From Octopus vulgaris (taxonomy: Eukaryota): a stretch of 64,000 bases of DNA. Position numbers and translations under genes: made by a program. Location: contig OX597821.1 of NCBI GenBank assembly GCA_951406725.2, forward strand, positions 108,500,001 to 108,564,000, in the 5' to 3' direction. A model generated the notes under the pieces. It was given only the letters and a program-made list of their open reading frames with translations, did not search any database and was not told where the DNA came from. This document shows positions 1-13,522 of the stretch, piece after piece (position 1 is the first letter of the stretch; the number at the start of each line of letters is the position of its first letter).

Positions 1-1343
1 CGAAGCCTTGGGAACAGGTTCGAACTCTGATGTCATATATCTTGACTTCAGTAAAGCGTTCGACAGGGTAGACCATAATATCCTACTCTCAAAATTGGCA
101 AATGTTGGAATCCGCGGAAAAGTTCTACACTGGATCAAGTATTTCCTGGCGAATAGAACACAACATGTTGTAGTTGATGGAGTCCAGCAAAAGTCACCAG
201 CGGTGTCCCCCAGGGGACTGTCTTGGGTCTGCTACTCTTCATAATCTACATAAACGACCTTTCCAGTGTCGTACATTACTGCAAAGTGAAAATATGTGCT
301 GATGACACTAAGCTCCAGCAAATCTTCAATAAAAAGCAGACCGAACTCAACTCCAGTCTGATCTATATGCTGTGAGTCAATGGGCAGACAGAAACAAAAT
401 GCAACTGAATGAGGGAAAATTTGAGCTGATGCATTTTGGAAGAAATTCCTCACTAAAACAACCATACTCTCTTCCTTCAGGGGAACCGCTCACAGCCTCT
501 AACAATATCAGAGACCTGGGTGTAATTGTTGATGACGATCTCAGTTGGAGTGCACACATCAACAAGAAGGTCGATATAGCTCGTAGGATGAGTTCCTGGA
601 TCTTAAGAACTTTCCGGTCCAGAGAACAAGGTGTCATCATACCACTTTTTTCCTCCCTTGTACGGCCACACCTTGAATACTGTTGCCCACTGTGGTCTCC
701 CCATACAAGACAAAACATCTCCAGAATTGAGTCACCCCAGAGGGCACTCACTAAACGAATTGAAGGCATGGCTGCCCTCGATTATTGGGATCGCCTTAAA
801 GCCTTGAAACTTTACTCCCTCCAGCGTCGCCGTGAGCGGTACATCATTTGTACGATGTGGAGAATATACCTCCAACTTTGCCCAAACGACCTTAACATTA
901 GCTTCAAGGTTCATCCAAGACTGGGACACGGGCCATACGTCCCCTGCCCAATTCAAGATCACAACATATATGTACACTGCAACATAATTTCTTTTCCTTA
1001 ACAGGCCCTGCCCTATTTAACATTGTCCCGAGGGAGATCAAAGAGGAAAAGGATCCCATCAACTTTAAACGGAGTCTGGATAGATTCCTTCAAAGAATAC
1101 CAGATAAGCCACCCATAATTGGATACAACTAACCCAACAAAAACTCACTACTTGAACAAAACTTGATACAACTCACCCAACAAAACTCACTACTTGAACA
1201 AAACTTGATACAACTCACCCAACAAGAACTCACTACTTGAACAAAACTTGACTTAAACAGGATTCGAATAATCCTATCAGGTGGTGCTATTAAGCTAGAC
1301 ATGGCCTGGACCAATCTTTGGTCGAAACATATCTAAGTTTAAG
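1..1343 (+). mobile_element. CR1-group LINE, 3' part of ORF2 (reverse transcriptase), frameshifted, with 3' tail
   Basis: ORF 8-244 has YLDFSKAFDRVDH. GVPQGTVLG.LLF and ADDTK are readable across a frameshift at about 200-310. ORF 372-1001 has DLGVIVD, LVRPHLEYCCPLWSP and LYSLQRRRERY. The element ends in GGTGGTGCT...CATGGCC...GAAAC plus short CTAAGTTT repeats, followed by (TA)n. It is cut by the window start. Confidence 0.9.
1122..1251 (+). repeat. Three tandem copies of a 42-43 bp unit at the end of the LINE ORF2
   Basis: GATACAACT(A/C)ACCCAACAAAACTCACTACTTGAACAAAACTT starts at 1122, 1165 and 1207. Confidence 0.9.
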
Positions 1344-1364
1344 TTTATCTAAGTTTATATATAC

Positions 1365-1395
<31 letters not shown>

Positions 1396-1748
1396 TATAC
1401 ATATACATACGTACATACATACATACATACATACATATGTGTGTGTGTGTTTGGATAAACAAAAGAAGACTATACAACACATATATTGGGAGTTACAAGT
1501 ATGGATCGAAAGAGTTTGATTCAAATTCCTTGGTACTCCGAGTTTCAAAACATGATGCTAATCCACAACCATTGAAAACTTGAATGAATGTAAATATATA
1601 TACATATTTTTATTTCACGTACTCAATATACGTTATATATTGATCTGTTTAACTTGTTTTTTCCTACATTTACTGATATATATATATTTTGATTTTTGAT
1701 TTGATTTTCAGCCAGTTTCAGCTTATGAGCTGTGGCCATGCTGGGGCA

Positions 1749-1798
<50 letters not shown>

Positions 1799-2141
1799 TT
1801 TGCAAGGAGCCATAAAAGCGTCGATCTGTGAATTCGATTCCGCCTGAGGTTAATTCATCATTTTTCAGTCATTTGTTTATATTTAAAAGTTTTAGCTTCA
1901 ATTCGGAGAATAACTATCACTATAATATTTGTTATATAAAGTTACACACACACACACAAACATAAAGGAAATTATCATTTAAATTGCTGCCGTAAGCATA
2001 TCAAGAATGCAACGATTGGAGACAGCATCATAGGAGTAACAAATCATTGCACAACAGGTTCCGTTTATATGGGTATATTTCTGTGACGAATGTGTGTATG
2101 TATATACATATGCATATACACACACGCACACACATATGCGC

Positions 2142-2225
<84 letters not shown>

Positions 2226-2701
2226 TTGTATATATATATATTTATATATGCACATATATATATATATATGTATGTGTATTGCATTGCATGCGTGTATGTG
2301 TGTGTGTATACATATATGTGCGTGTGCGTGCTATAAGGATGATGGGTGTGCTGCTTGTTTACATATATTAATGGTGGTGGATAGAGCTGAACAATGGAAA
2401 TCAGGCACATGTTGGGTTGGGTAGATACATCAAAGAAACATCTCACATGTTGAATTTTGAGCCTGCTAAAATCAGTTCAGTTCATACCCCTTGATACACA
2501 CAGGCATATAAGGGAGCGATCGCGTGTGTATGTGTGTGTGTGTGTGTGTGCGTGTGTGTGTGTGTATTGGTTGTGCATATACGCTTACACAGATACATAG
2601 GCACTTACATTTGCAGATATACAGATTTACTTTTATATATTTATATAGATATACATACATATTTATATATGCATACATATATATACATATATGCTTTTGG
2701 T

Positions 2702-2768
<67 letters not shown>

Positions 2769-2932
2769 TAAACATATACATATATATACTCTCATATGCA
2801 TTGCGGAATTGTGTTCATTGTTTCACACCCATGAAAAATTATGTTCTTTGTTGTTTACAAACGTATAAATTTCAAAACATACGTATGTCGGTATCCTTCT
2901 ATTAATGTATACGTATATATATATATACATAC

Positions 2933-3018
<86 letters not shown>

Positions 3019-3392
3019 ATGTATGTATGCATATTTGTTTACGTGTGTCTTTCTATGTGTTCGTAGAAGCACATGTGTTCGTATGTATCTAATTATCTAT
3101 CAATCTACACATTTGTACGCACACAGTCGATCATATCCACGCCTCCACACACACATACACACACATACGTACACGCACTTGCAAACACACTCCCACCCCC
3201 ACCACATACACGCAAATGACTACACCCCGTGTAAATCAGAACAATATGTCGCTGAAGACAAAAGCACACATGGGACGGAGGAAATATGTGACACTCGTCT
3301 TGCATTGTCTGAGAAGTAAGATACACCGGCAATAGGAGGAGAATAATATATATATATATATATATACATATACACATATATACATATATACA

Positions 3393-3434
<42 letters not shown>

Positions 3435-3517
3435 TAGAATAAAAAGTTTAGATTTTATCCCCTGAAATAAAAATTATATATATATATAGAGAGAGAGAGA
3501 TAGGTATGTACGTGCTC

Positions 3518-3585
<68 letters not shown>

Positions 3586-3587
3586 TA

Positions 3588-4006
<419 letters not shown>

Positions 4007-4215
4007 GCACGTGTGTGTGTTTGTATGTCTGTGTTTGTCCCTCACCTCCGCTTGACAATCGATGGTGGCGTGTCTACGTCCGGTAACTTAGCGGTTCGGC
4101 CAAAGGGACCAATAGAATAAGTACTAGGCCTACAAAGAATAAGTCCTAGGGTCGATACTCTAGCACGGTCGCAGTCAAATCACTGAAACAAATATAAGAA
4201 TGAAAGAATAAGAAA

Positions 4216-4311
<96 letters not shown>

Positions 4312-4537
4312 TTGTGAAAGCGAGTGGCCTAGTAGTTAGATGTGCTGCACTCAACATCGTGTGATCCTGGTCTTGGTTACCAGTCCAGCATTGATACCAT
4401 CCACCCCTCTGTGTATAGGTAACCCCACAACGGAATATTCTTCCGATCCGGAGGGAAATGCTAGCGTGCTTTTCATTATATATATATATATATATATATA
4501 TATAGATAGATAGATAGATAGATATATAGATAGATAA

Positions 4538-4600
<63 letters not shown>

Positions 4601-4659
4601 TATACATATATACACACACAGACATATATATATATATATACATACACACACACACACAT

Positions 4660-4699
<40 letters not shown>

Positions 4700-5120
4700 T
4701 TTTTTCTCTTTTTACTCTTTTTACTTGTTTCAGTCATTTAACTGCGGCCATGCTGGAGCACCGCCTTTAGTCGAGCAAATCGACCCCGGGACTTATTCTT
4801 TGTAAGCCCAGTACTTATTCTATCGGTCTCTTTTGCCGAACCGCTAAGTTACGGGAACGTAAACACACCAGCATCGGTTGTCAAGCAATGCTAGGGGAAC
4901 AAACACAGACACACAAACATATTCACACACACTTATATATATATATATACATATATACGACAGGCTTCTTTCAGTTTCCGTCTACCAAATCCACTCACAA
5001 GGCATTGGTCGGCCCGGGGCTATAGCAGAAGACACGTGCCCAAGATGCCACGCAGTGGGACTGAACCCGGAACCATGTGGTTGGTTAGCAAGCTACTTAC
5101 CAAACAGCCACTCCTGTGCC
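4700..5120 (-). mobile_element. Full-length tRNA-derived SINE, family A (CORE-like centre, LINE-like tail)
   Basis: The minus-strand head GGCACAGGAGTGGCTGTTTGGTAAG...GGTTCAGTCCC has A/B-box-like motifs. The centre is CATCTTGGGCACGTGTCTTCT and the tail is GGCGGTGCTCCAGCATGGCCGCAG...GACTGAAACAAGTAAAAAGAG. There are many copies in the window. Confidence 0.85.
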
Positions 5121-5152
<32 letters not shown>

Positions 5153-5288
5153 CATACATATATATATGTGTGTCCCGTAACTTAGCGGTTCGGCCAAAGG
5201 GACCAATAGAATAAGTACTAGGCCTACAAAGAATAAGTCCTATGGTCGATACTCTAGCACGGTCGCAGTCAAATCACTGAAACAAAGA

Positions 5289-6620
5289 AGCTGCCTTACG
5301 CAGCTGTTACAACACTACGACTGGGTACTGAAACAACTACTGGATCGCTCACAGGTGGATGTGGTATATCTCGACTTTGCGAAGGCCTTTGACAAAGTCG
5401 ACCACGGAGTGATATGTCACAAATTACTCAGACTCGGCATAACAGGAAAAGTAGGTGAGTGGATACATGACTTCCTGAAGGACAGAAGCCAGATGGTTGC
5501 AGCCAATGGAGCCCTCTCGGGAAAGACACCAATAGCAAGCGGGGTGCCACAGGGCACAGTCTTGGGACCCTTGCTGTTTTTGGTGGCGCTCTCTGACATG
5601 CCCTTGGTAGCACAAACAACATCCCTCACTAGCTATGCTGATGACACAAAGGTAGCACAGGCAATCAAAAACCCAGCTGATGCTGACCTTTTACAACAAG
5701 ATCTGGATGCCATATACAAATGGGCTGAAGACAACAACATGCAATTTAATGCTGGTAAATTTCAAGCCTTACAATATCAAGCTGTAAACACATATACATT
5801 ACAACACAACTATACTGGTCCAGGAGGGATCGAAATCCCAGTATCGAAATCAATACGGGACCTGGGGATAGACATGAGTGACGATGCATCTTTTTCGTCA
5901 CACATCGCGAAGGTGGCGACAATGTGCAGACGACTCACTGGCTGGATCCTGAGGACATTCCGGACAAGAGACTGCGAGACCATGTTGACACTATGGAGGA
6001 CATTTGTCCTAAGCCGCCTGGACTACTGCTCCCAACTGTGGTCACCGCATAGTGTCAAACTAACCACAGAGCTTGAGACAATCCAAAGACATTTCACCAA
6101 GAGGATTTCCACCATGAAAGAAAAGAACTATTGGGAGAGGCTTAGGGAACTCAATTTGTACTCCCTGGAACAAAGACGAGAGAGATATGCAGTGATATAC
6201 ATATGGAAAATCCTGGAGGGACTAGCACCAAATTTTGGAATTGAGAGCTGTTCCAATCCCCGTACAGGACGTCACTGTGTGGTGCCAAAGGTCCCGTCTT
6301 CCACATCCAGGGTAAGGAGCAGATACTGTAATAGCCTGGGGTTCAGGGGCCCTCAGCTGTTCAACAAACTGCCAAGAAAACTAAGAGATCTACATGATGC
6401 GGATGAGGACATTTTCAAAAAACATCTAGACAAGCTGCTTTCCGGGATCCCAGATGAACCCACTGCAAGGTACGAAGGTAACCTAAGGACAGCAGCTACA
6501 AACTCTCTCTTAGATCAGTGGCCAGCCACGGCAAACTGGACTTAGAGAGGGTAGCAACAAGGGCGGTGCCCCAGCATGGCCTCAGCCGGATGGCTGAAAC
6601 AAGTAAAAGAGTAAAAGAGT
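5289..6620 (+). mobile_element. CR1-group LINE, 5'-truncated, with uninterrupted RT and C-terminal reading frame (ORF 5355-6545)
   Basis: The frame is open from SCLTQLLQHYD (5289) through YLDFAKAFDKVDH, SGVPQGTVLGPLLF, YADDTK, RDLGI and LYSLEQRRERY to the stop at 6545. The tail GGCGGTGCCCCAGCATGGCC...GCTGAAACAAGTAAAAGAGTAAAAGAG is followed by (TA)n. Confidence 0.93.
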
Positions 6621-6636
6621 ATATATATATATATAT

Positions 6637-6687
<51 letters not shown>

Positions 6688-6833
6688 CGTATTTTTGCCA
6701 TTTCAATATGGCTAACCCCTAAGGGTGGATGCTACTGTAGTTTTTAGCCCCAGGAGGACACACTCCTCCAGCTGGCCATAGACACACTTTCTGTGTTACC
6801 GCTACTGTATATAACTCACTTTGATATATTATC

Positions 6834-6886
<53 letters not shown>

Positions 6887-7479
6887 TATTAATATTAGGA
6901 AAGTTATTTCCGAGTCCACAGGGGGGAAAACTTCAATTTAGTGGTACTAAAATAAATTACTCACTGTATCATATACATATATATTGATAGGTTGAAGAGA
7001 AAGAATCCCCCTCAAGCAAATCAATCATCATTGAAAGACATTATCCTCGATAGGTACATATAGGACTTAATATTAAAATTATCAAAATTATTACCTTCAA
7101 TTCTTATTCTAAATCATATACGTTACATTATACAGACTACGCGCGTTTCATGACAACTAATTCCCTGATATTGCTAAAATAGGTCTCGTAATACATTACC
7201 ATATTAAAACGATTTCAATAGATAGCATATATTCCGATGGGGTTGGATATAAACCGACTGTAATTTACAACTGAAACAAATCGGTTATTGTTGTATATAA
7301 ATAAAAAAAAAGGACATGTCTATGAACTTGTGTTTCTGTTGATAATTTATTTAAGAAAATGCATAAAAGTTTTGAAAAGAGAATTTTATAAAATCTTTTG
7401 TGAGTATAGGTTTGAAATCAGGATTGCTAACTTATCCAAATATGTTTTGTACACATCTTATCAAATACTTCACATCGTA

Positions 7480-7898
7480 AACGCCTTCATCGTCGGAGGC
7501 GTTAATATCATAATCGTGGTCGTCCTCTTGTCGTTAACATCATCTTATCGTCGTCGTAGTAAGTCATCGTTGTAGTCGTTGTCCGCATCATCATAATCAT
7601 TGTCGTCTTAGTTATCATCATCATCATCATCAATTTCATCATCATTATCATCACCATTCTTGTCGTTGTCGTCGTAATCATCGTCAATGTCATCGTCGTC
7701 GTGATCATCATCGTTTCCTTTATCATCATTATCGTCGTCAACCTCATCATCATCATCAATGTCATCATCGTGTTCCTCATCGTCACCGTCGACGACGACA
7801 TAATCAACATCGCTTCCATTATCATTACCACCATCGTTTTCTTCGTCGTCATGGCTGTTGCAGTCGTTGTCATCATTGTCATCATCATCATCATCATC

Positions 7899-7985
<87 letters not shown>

Positions 7986-8050
7986 GACATCATTGTGATC
8001 ATCAACATCACCAACCTGATTACCATCTCCTGTGCCCCAAAGCATCACCT
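7480..8050. repeat. Degenerate (CAT/CGT)n trinucleotide array
   Basis: Directly visible; source of the poly-M/D/I ORFs. Confidence 0.95.
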
Positions 8051-8785
8051 TTAAAATCTTTTTCCTCCTCCTCCACCTCATCATCATCTTCATCATCCAC
8101 TCTCCGTTCTCATTAACCTCTGTTTGGAACCACTCCCTCCTCTTTCTTCGCATCTCCTCCTCTACCTCCTCCTCTCTGTTTCCATTTCTCTCCTTTACAT
8201 ATTCTTCCCCTTCTCCTCCTTCGCCCTCCTCTCCTCTCCCTACCACCAACCCACCTCCATTCCTACCAACATTTCTACATTCCCTCAGTCTATCCTCAAT
8301 ATCTTATCTCTAACATTCTGAGTCTTTAATATAAACTGCATCTAGTGACTACCCACTAAACCAACTCCGTTTTAATTATCTGACAGCTTAGTCTTTATAA
8401 GCAATAAGAAATAGATACTCTACTTTCTAGGTATTTATTTGTTTACTCATGTCTTATTTCATTATTTCTGCATATTTTTGTTTTATTTGCTTTAATCTAG
8501 CTTAATTAATTAAACATCTAAATATACCTTTTACATGAACGCATACAAAGCGTTCTTCTATGAAGTTTTATACGTGTGCTGTGTGAGTGTCTATATATTT
8601 ATATGTAAATATATGTATATATGTTTAGACAGAGAGTGTGAGAGAAAGAGAGGAGCGAGGGAAGGGTAGGAGAGATGTACATTTACATACATGTAATCAT
8701 GTGTACCTAGGTATATTTATAATTATGTACTAACAACGTAAACTGAGGTGGGAGCATTCTCTCTCTCTCCCTATCTCTCCTTATT

Positions 8786-9158
8786 GGTGCAGGCGTGGCT
8801 GTGTGGTAAGAAGCTTGCTTTCCAACAACCTTGTTCCATGTACAGTCCCACCGCGTGTCACCTTGAGCAATTGTCTTCTATTACATCCTCGGATCAAGCA
8901 AATCCTCGTAATTGGATTCGGTAGACGGAAACTGACAGAAGCCCGTCATATGTATATATCTATGTATGTCTCTGTGTTTGTCACCCACCCCTCGCCATCA
9001 CTTGACAACCGATGCTGGTGTGTTTAACTCCCTGTAACATAGCGATTCGGCGGAAGTGAATGATAGAATAAGAACTAGGCTTACAAAGAAAGTCCTGGGG
9101 TCGATTTCTTCGACTAAAACACTTTAAGACGGTGCCCCCATAAAAGAATAAAAGAATA
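8786..9158 (+). mobile_element. SINE family A copy (diverged)
   Basis: The head GGTGCAGGCGTGGCTGTGTGGTAAG, GGTAGACGGAAACTG, CTTGACAACCGATGCTGGTGTG and the tail GGTGCCCC match 4700-5120 and 31352-31712. Confidence 0.8.
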
Positions 9159-9574
9159 TATATTTGTCTGTATGTTTTTGCGTGCGTGTGTATATTTCTT
9201 TGTATATGATAATCATAGACACTTCGTAGTGACAGGCAAATTACATGAAATTACACGGAGGAATGCTCAATCATTTATTCACAAGTACGGTGAATGAAAA
9301 GTAAAAAAAACAAACAAACAGAAAGTGCAGTTGATGACAAAACCAAAAAAGAAAAATTAGAATTAAAAACAGAATGCTCTTCGTGGAACCCGACGGAGGA
9401 TCATTTTACTTGTTGTTTTTTTAAATATATAAATAGGCAGAAGAAGCGAGAAAAAAAAAGAAAGGAAAAATGGCATGACATACAGACGTATAGATTACTA
9501 GACAGATATATTTGTAGCCAGAGACATATGGAGATAAAGATGAGCTGCTTTACTCACAGTCATATATATATATA

Positions 9575-9743
<169 letters not shown>

Positions 9744-10028
9744 GTATGTATATGCACATGCACAAACCCACATAGATATGTATATGCGGATGTATACGCA
9801 GAAAGAGGAAGTGATAGGCTGAGAGACGAAAAGCCCAGACAGAGAATTTCAGCTTAACTGATTGACACGGGAATGAAAAAAAGAAAAGAAAAGAGAAAAG
9901 AATTACGTAAGCAGTGAGAAATACAAAACTATATTACAGTTTTTCTACTCAATAAAAAACCGTTCACACTTAATATAATTATGCATGTATATGTTCGTGT
10001 GAATCAAGGCGTTGCTTGTAAGTCAAAT

Positions 10029-10493
10029 GGATCTTTTCGGTTTGAACGCCAGTTTTTAACATAATTTCTAGGTAACTAAAAAATTTTAAACTTCGTATAC
10101 TGGTAGAATGTGTTTATAAAACATCTTTTTCGCTTGTCTTTATTGAGAAAATTCTATAGTTTGTAAGATATTTGTTGGGGTCTTTTTCTGCAATTTCTGC
10201 AATTTCAGCCAATCAAATACGTCAACTGAGGTAAAAAAAAACATTCTGTGCCGTATGAATATGTCCCTCGTTTAAGAAACAGATTGGGTTTATTTACATT
10301 TGTGAAGAAAAAAAGATACCCTTCCCCCACCCCTAAACCGAACTCTAACCCTAACTAACCCTAATTAACCATAACTATCCCTAACCCTAAAACAGATTGA
10401 AATGCAATAGATCTTATACTAGGGTCATAATTATGGGTGACAATTTCATATGACACCGCTAGAAAAAAACTGCCGTTGAAACCGAAAAGATCC
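10029..10493. mobile_element. 465-bp MITE with GGATCTTTTCGGTTT terminal inverted repeats and an 8-bp TSD (Merlin- or MULE-like)
   Basis: It starts GGATCTTTTCGGTTTGAACG and ends CGTTGAAACCGAAAAGATCC. AGTCAAAT is duplicated at 10021-10028 and 10494-10501. GG termini with an 8-bp TSD fit Merlin or some MULEs. Confidence 0.88.
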
Positions 10494-11163
10494 AGTCAAA
10501 TATATAAACGTAGATGCTAGGTGTAGTTAAACAAGATTATGGATGCTTAAAATGAACGGATCATCGGAGACCACTTAGTTTCATTAAGATGGAGAGTTTG
10601 AGTACCCAGCGTTATTTTCGTATTTCATGTTTGTTTACGTTCTTTGACGTCCTGTACCGATATATTCATGTCTATATACATATATACGTGTGTATGTACA
10701 TATGTGTATCTATATATGCATATTGTTTTCATTTTCATCTAGTTTCAGCTCACGAGCTGTGGCCATGCTGGGGCACCGCCATTATATATATATATTTTAT
10801 TTATATTATTATTTTATTGAACGCCACCCATTCATTTTCAAGGAAGTTTTTTCTTGATATATAAATATATATATTTATAAATAAGGATAACATCGATATT
10901 TAAATATCGATATTACCAAGTGGCCGGCATGGGAATAAATACCATACAAAGGTAATATTTTTTACAACTATAAATAAGGGTATCTGAGAGACACCACCAT
11001 GCCGAAATAGCAGTCAAACCCTGACTCTAAAAACTACCTAAAATGTTCATATCGCACCATGAGATAAGACAGAGGGAGATAATAACATGTTTGGCCATAG
11101 ATATATTCATAGATAATCTTAATTCATAATATATCCTTCGTAACGTTTTTACATTACTCTCTA

Positions 11164-11216
<53 letters not shown>

Positions 11217-11218
11217 AG

Positions 11219-11257
<39 letters not shown>

Positions 11258-11274
11258 TATACACACACACACAC

Positions 11275-11305
<31 letters not shown>

Positions 11306-11624
11306 CACACAAACACACACACGCACACATATATATATATATATATAGGCATATATACACAAATATAAATATTGTTGTGTCTGGGGAGGGTCATTCTATT
11401 TTAGTGCCTTTAACACACTCACAGGTAAAGTTTCGTCTCATTTAGTTATCTATTTATTTCTCTTGTGGAAACTTTACCGGTGAATGTGTTAAATAATAAA
11501 TCACTAAAAGAGAATAACTCTCCCCAGACACAACAAAATAAGCTTGAACACACGAACTCACATAAAGTATCTTGAAAACCAAATCCCAAAACGAAGTATA
11601 TATATATATATATATATATATATA

Positions 11625-11917
11625 CCCTAAAACCCTAAAACAGATTGAAATGCAATAGATCTTATACTAGGGTCATAATTATGGGTGACAATTTCATATG
11701 ACACCGCTAGAAAAAAACTGCTGTTGAAACCGAAAAGATCCAGTCAAATATATAAACGTAGATGCTAGGTGTAGTTAAACAAGATTATGGATGCTTAAAT
11801 TGAACGGATCATCAGAGACCACTTAGGTGCATTAAGATGGAGAGTTTGAGTACCCAGCGTTATTTTCGTATTTCATGTTTGTTTACGTTCTTTGACATCC
11901 TGTACCGATATATTCAT
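11625..11917 (+). repeat. Local duplication of about 10380-10668 (MITE right end plus flank)
   Basis: The sequence is near-identical, including the TIR, the AGTCAAAT TSD and about 170 bp of flank, with a handful of substitutions. Confidence 0.9.
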
Positions 11918-13289
11918 ATATTCATATTTTAGGGTATATATACCGATATATTTATATTTTAGGGTATATATATATATATATATATATTTATCAATGAGTA
12001 ACGAAGAAGAATAAGAGTCAATTCAATTGCTACTCATTTTTATTTTACTCACCTACCCTGGAATCTGCACTTCGGAATTATTATGGAAATTATCTTAGTA
12101 TCTTTATATAAAGTACCCATCTTAAAACACAAGAGAGATTTATTCACCAAGTCAGATCGTGCCATCTGCATATACACTGCATGAATATCGGGTGGAAAAA
12201 ATTTTGTGTAGAGTTTGAGGCTCACCTTATATTGTATGAGTGTACAAATGAGTTCGTCCTAAGTAGGTGCCTTAATTTAAGTACCGAATTTAGCAACTGA
12301 ATCTAAATTACTTTTCAAAATGTAACCACATGTGGATCGCTGGTGATTGCTTTTCTCCGCCTTCCATTTCTCCTGGACTTTTCGCAGTCTCCTGCTTTTA
12401 AAGAAATGCGTTTGCTCGAAACGTCCATCTCATTGCCCATCTAATTTTAATGGTCGCCATGTTCAGCAGTATCTGTGTGGATGTCAGTATGCCTTAAACA
12501 ACAAGAGCATCCTGCAAACAATCACCTGAAACAGCGGACAATCGACTCCCACGTCTTATGCAACATCTAGACCTGCCAATACCTGCATTGAGCCTCCAGA
12601 TGGGGCAGTTATTCATCGTTTCAAACAAGCCTGATACCCCCATCAGTATCCTTAGCAAAGATTCGTTATCCACTTTGTATAAGTAGATAACTCTGCAATT
12701 ATTTGTTAAAGAATTATTGGTTTGCACATTTTCTTAGTATTAACGCACATAGCACAAGAACTCCACAGAAAGAACAAATATGCCCCAGTGACGTAATACT
12801 TCAGCACACAAGTATAAGACAATCATGCCCAAAACAAAAACAAAATAAAGCAAACAAATTGACGACACAAAAATTTGCCCAAAAGAGAAATCCAAGGGAG
12901 ACAATCACCAAAGAGTAACGATTCTATGCTATATTCACGAGAATTTACGAGAACAACCGTGAATTCAATGAAACTGTTTTCCGAAATAGAGGCTGACATT
13001 TTTCTCCATGTGATCGGCTTGGAAAATTGTTAAGACACTAGGATATTTTCCTACTTTTCTTAACACGAAACCAACGGTAGCCTTCATTCACAAATAAAGA
13101 AATTATATCCACGAATGCGATGATGAGCACTCATTTTTATCATTCGACATTTAGGTATAAATATATATATATATATACATACATACACACAAACACATAA
13201 ATACATACTTGTACGCATGTGTAGTTATATATATGCGTTTATTTATATATACATACATACAGACATACGTTTGTGCTTGTATATATATG

Positions 13290-13333
<44 letters not shown>

Positions 13334-13490
13334 AATACATGCATGTTCGCATGTGTAGTTATATATATATGCGTTTATTTATATATACATACAGACAGAC
13401 ATACGTGTGTGCGTGCATATGTATGTATATATATATATTGTTATATTTCGGAATGGTCATAAAAAATCTTGCACAACAAATATTTAAACG

Positions 13491-13522
<32 letters not shown>

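Noticed and set aside
1122-1251. CRISPR-like array (also 40351-40454)
   Set aside because: The units are contiguous tandem copies without unique spacers, the context is eukaryotic, and there are no cas genes.
10922-10932. GGCCGGCATGG, identical to the start of the HDV genomic ribozyme
   Set aside because: The following sequence lacks the P2/P3/L3 and P1 3' elements, and an 11-nt match is plausible by chance.
12525-12693. Possible minus-strand exon (TTGCAG acceptor to GTGATT donor, ORF 12494-12727)
   Set aside because: The peptide has no recognisable similarity, and splice-like dinucleotides alone are insufficient.
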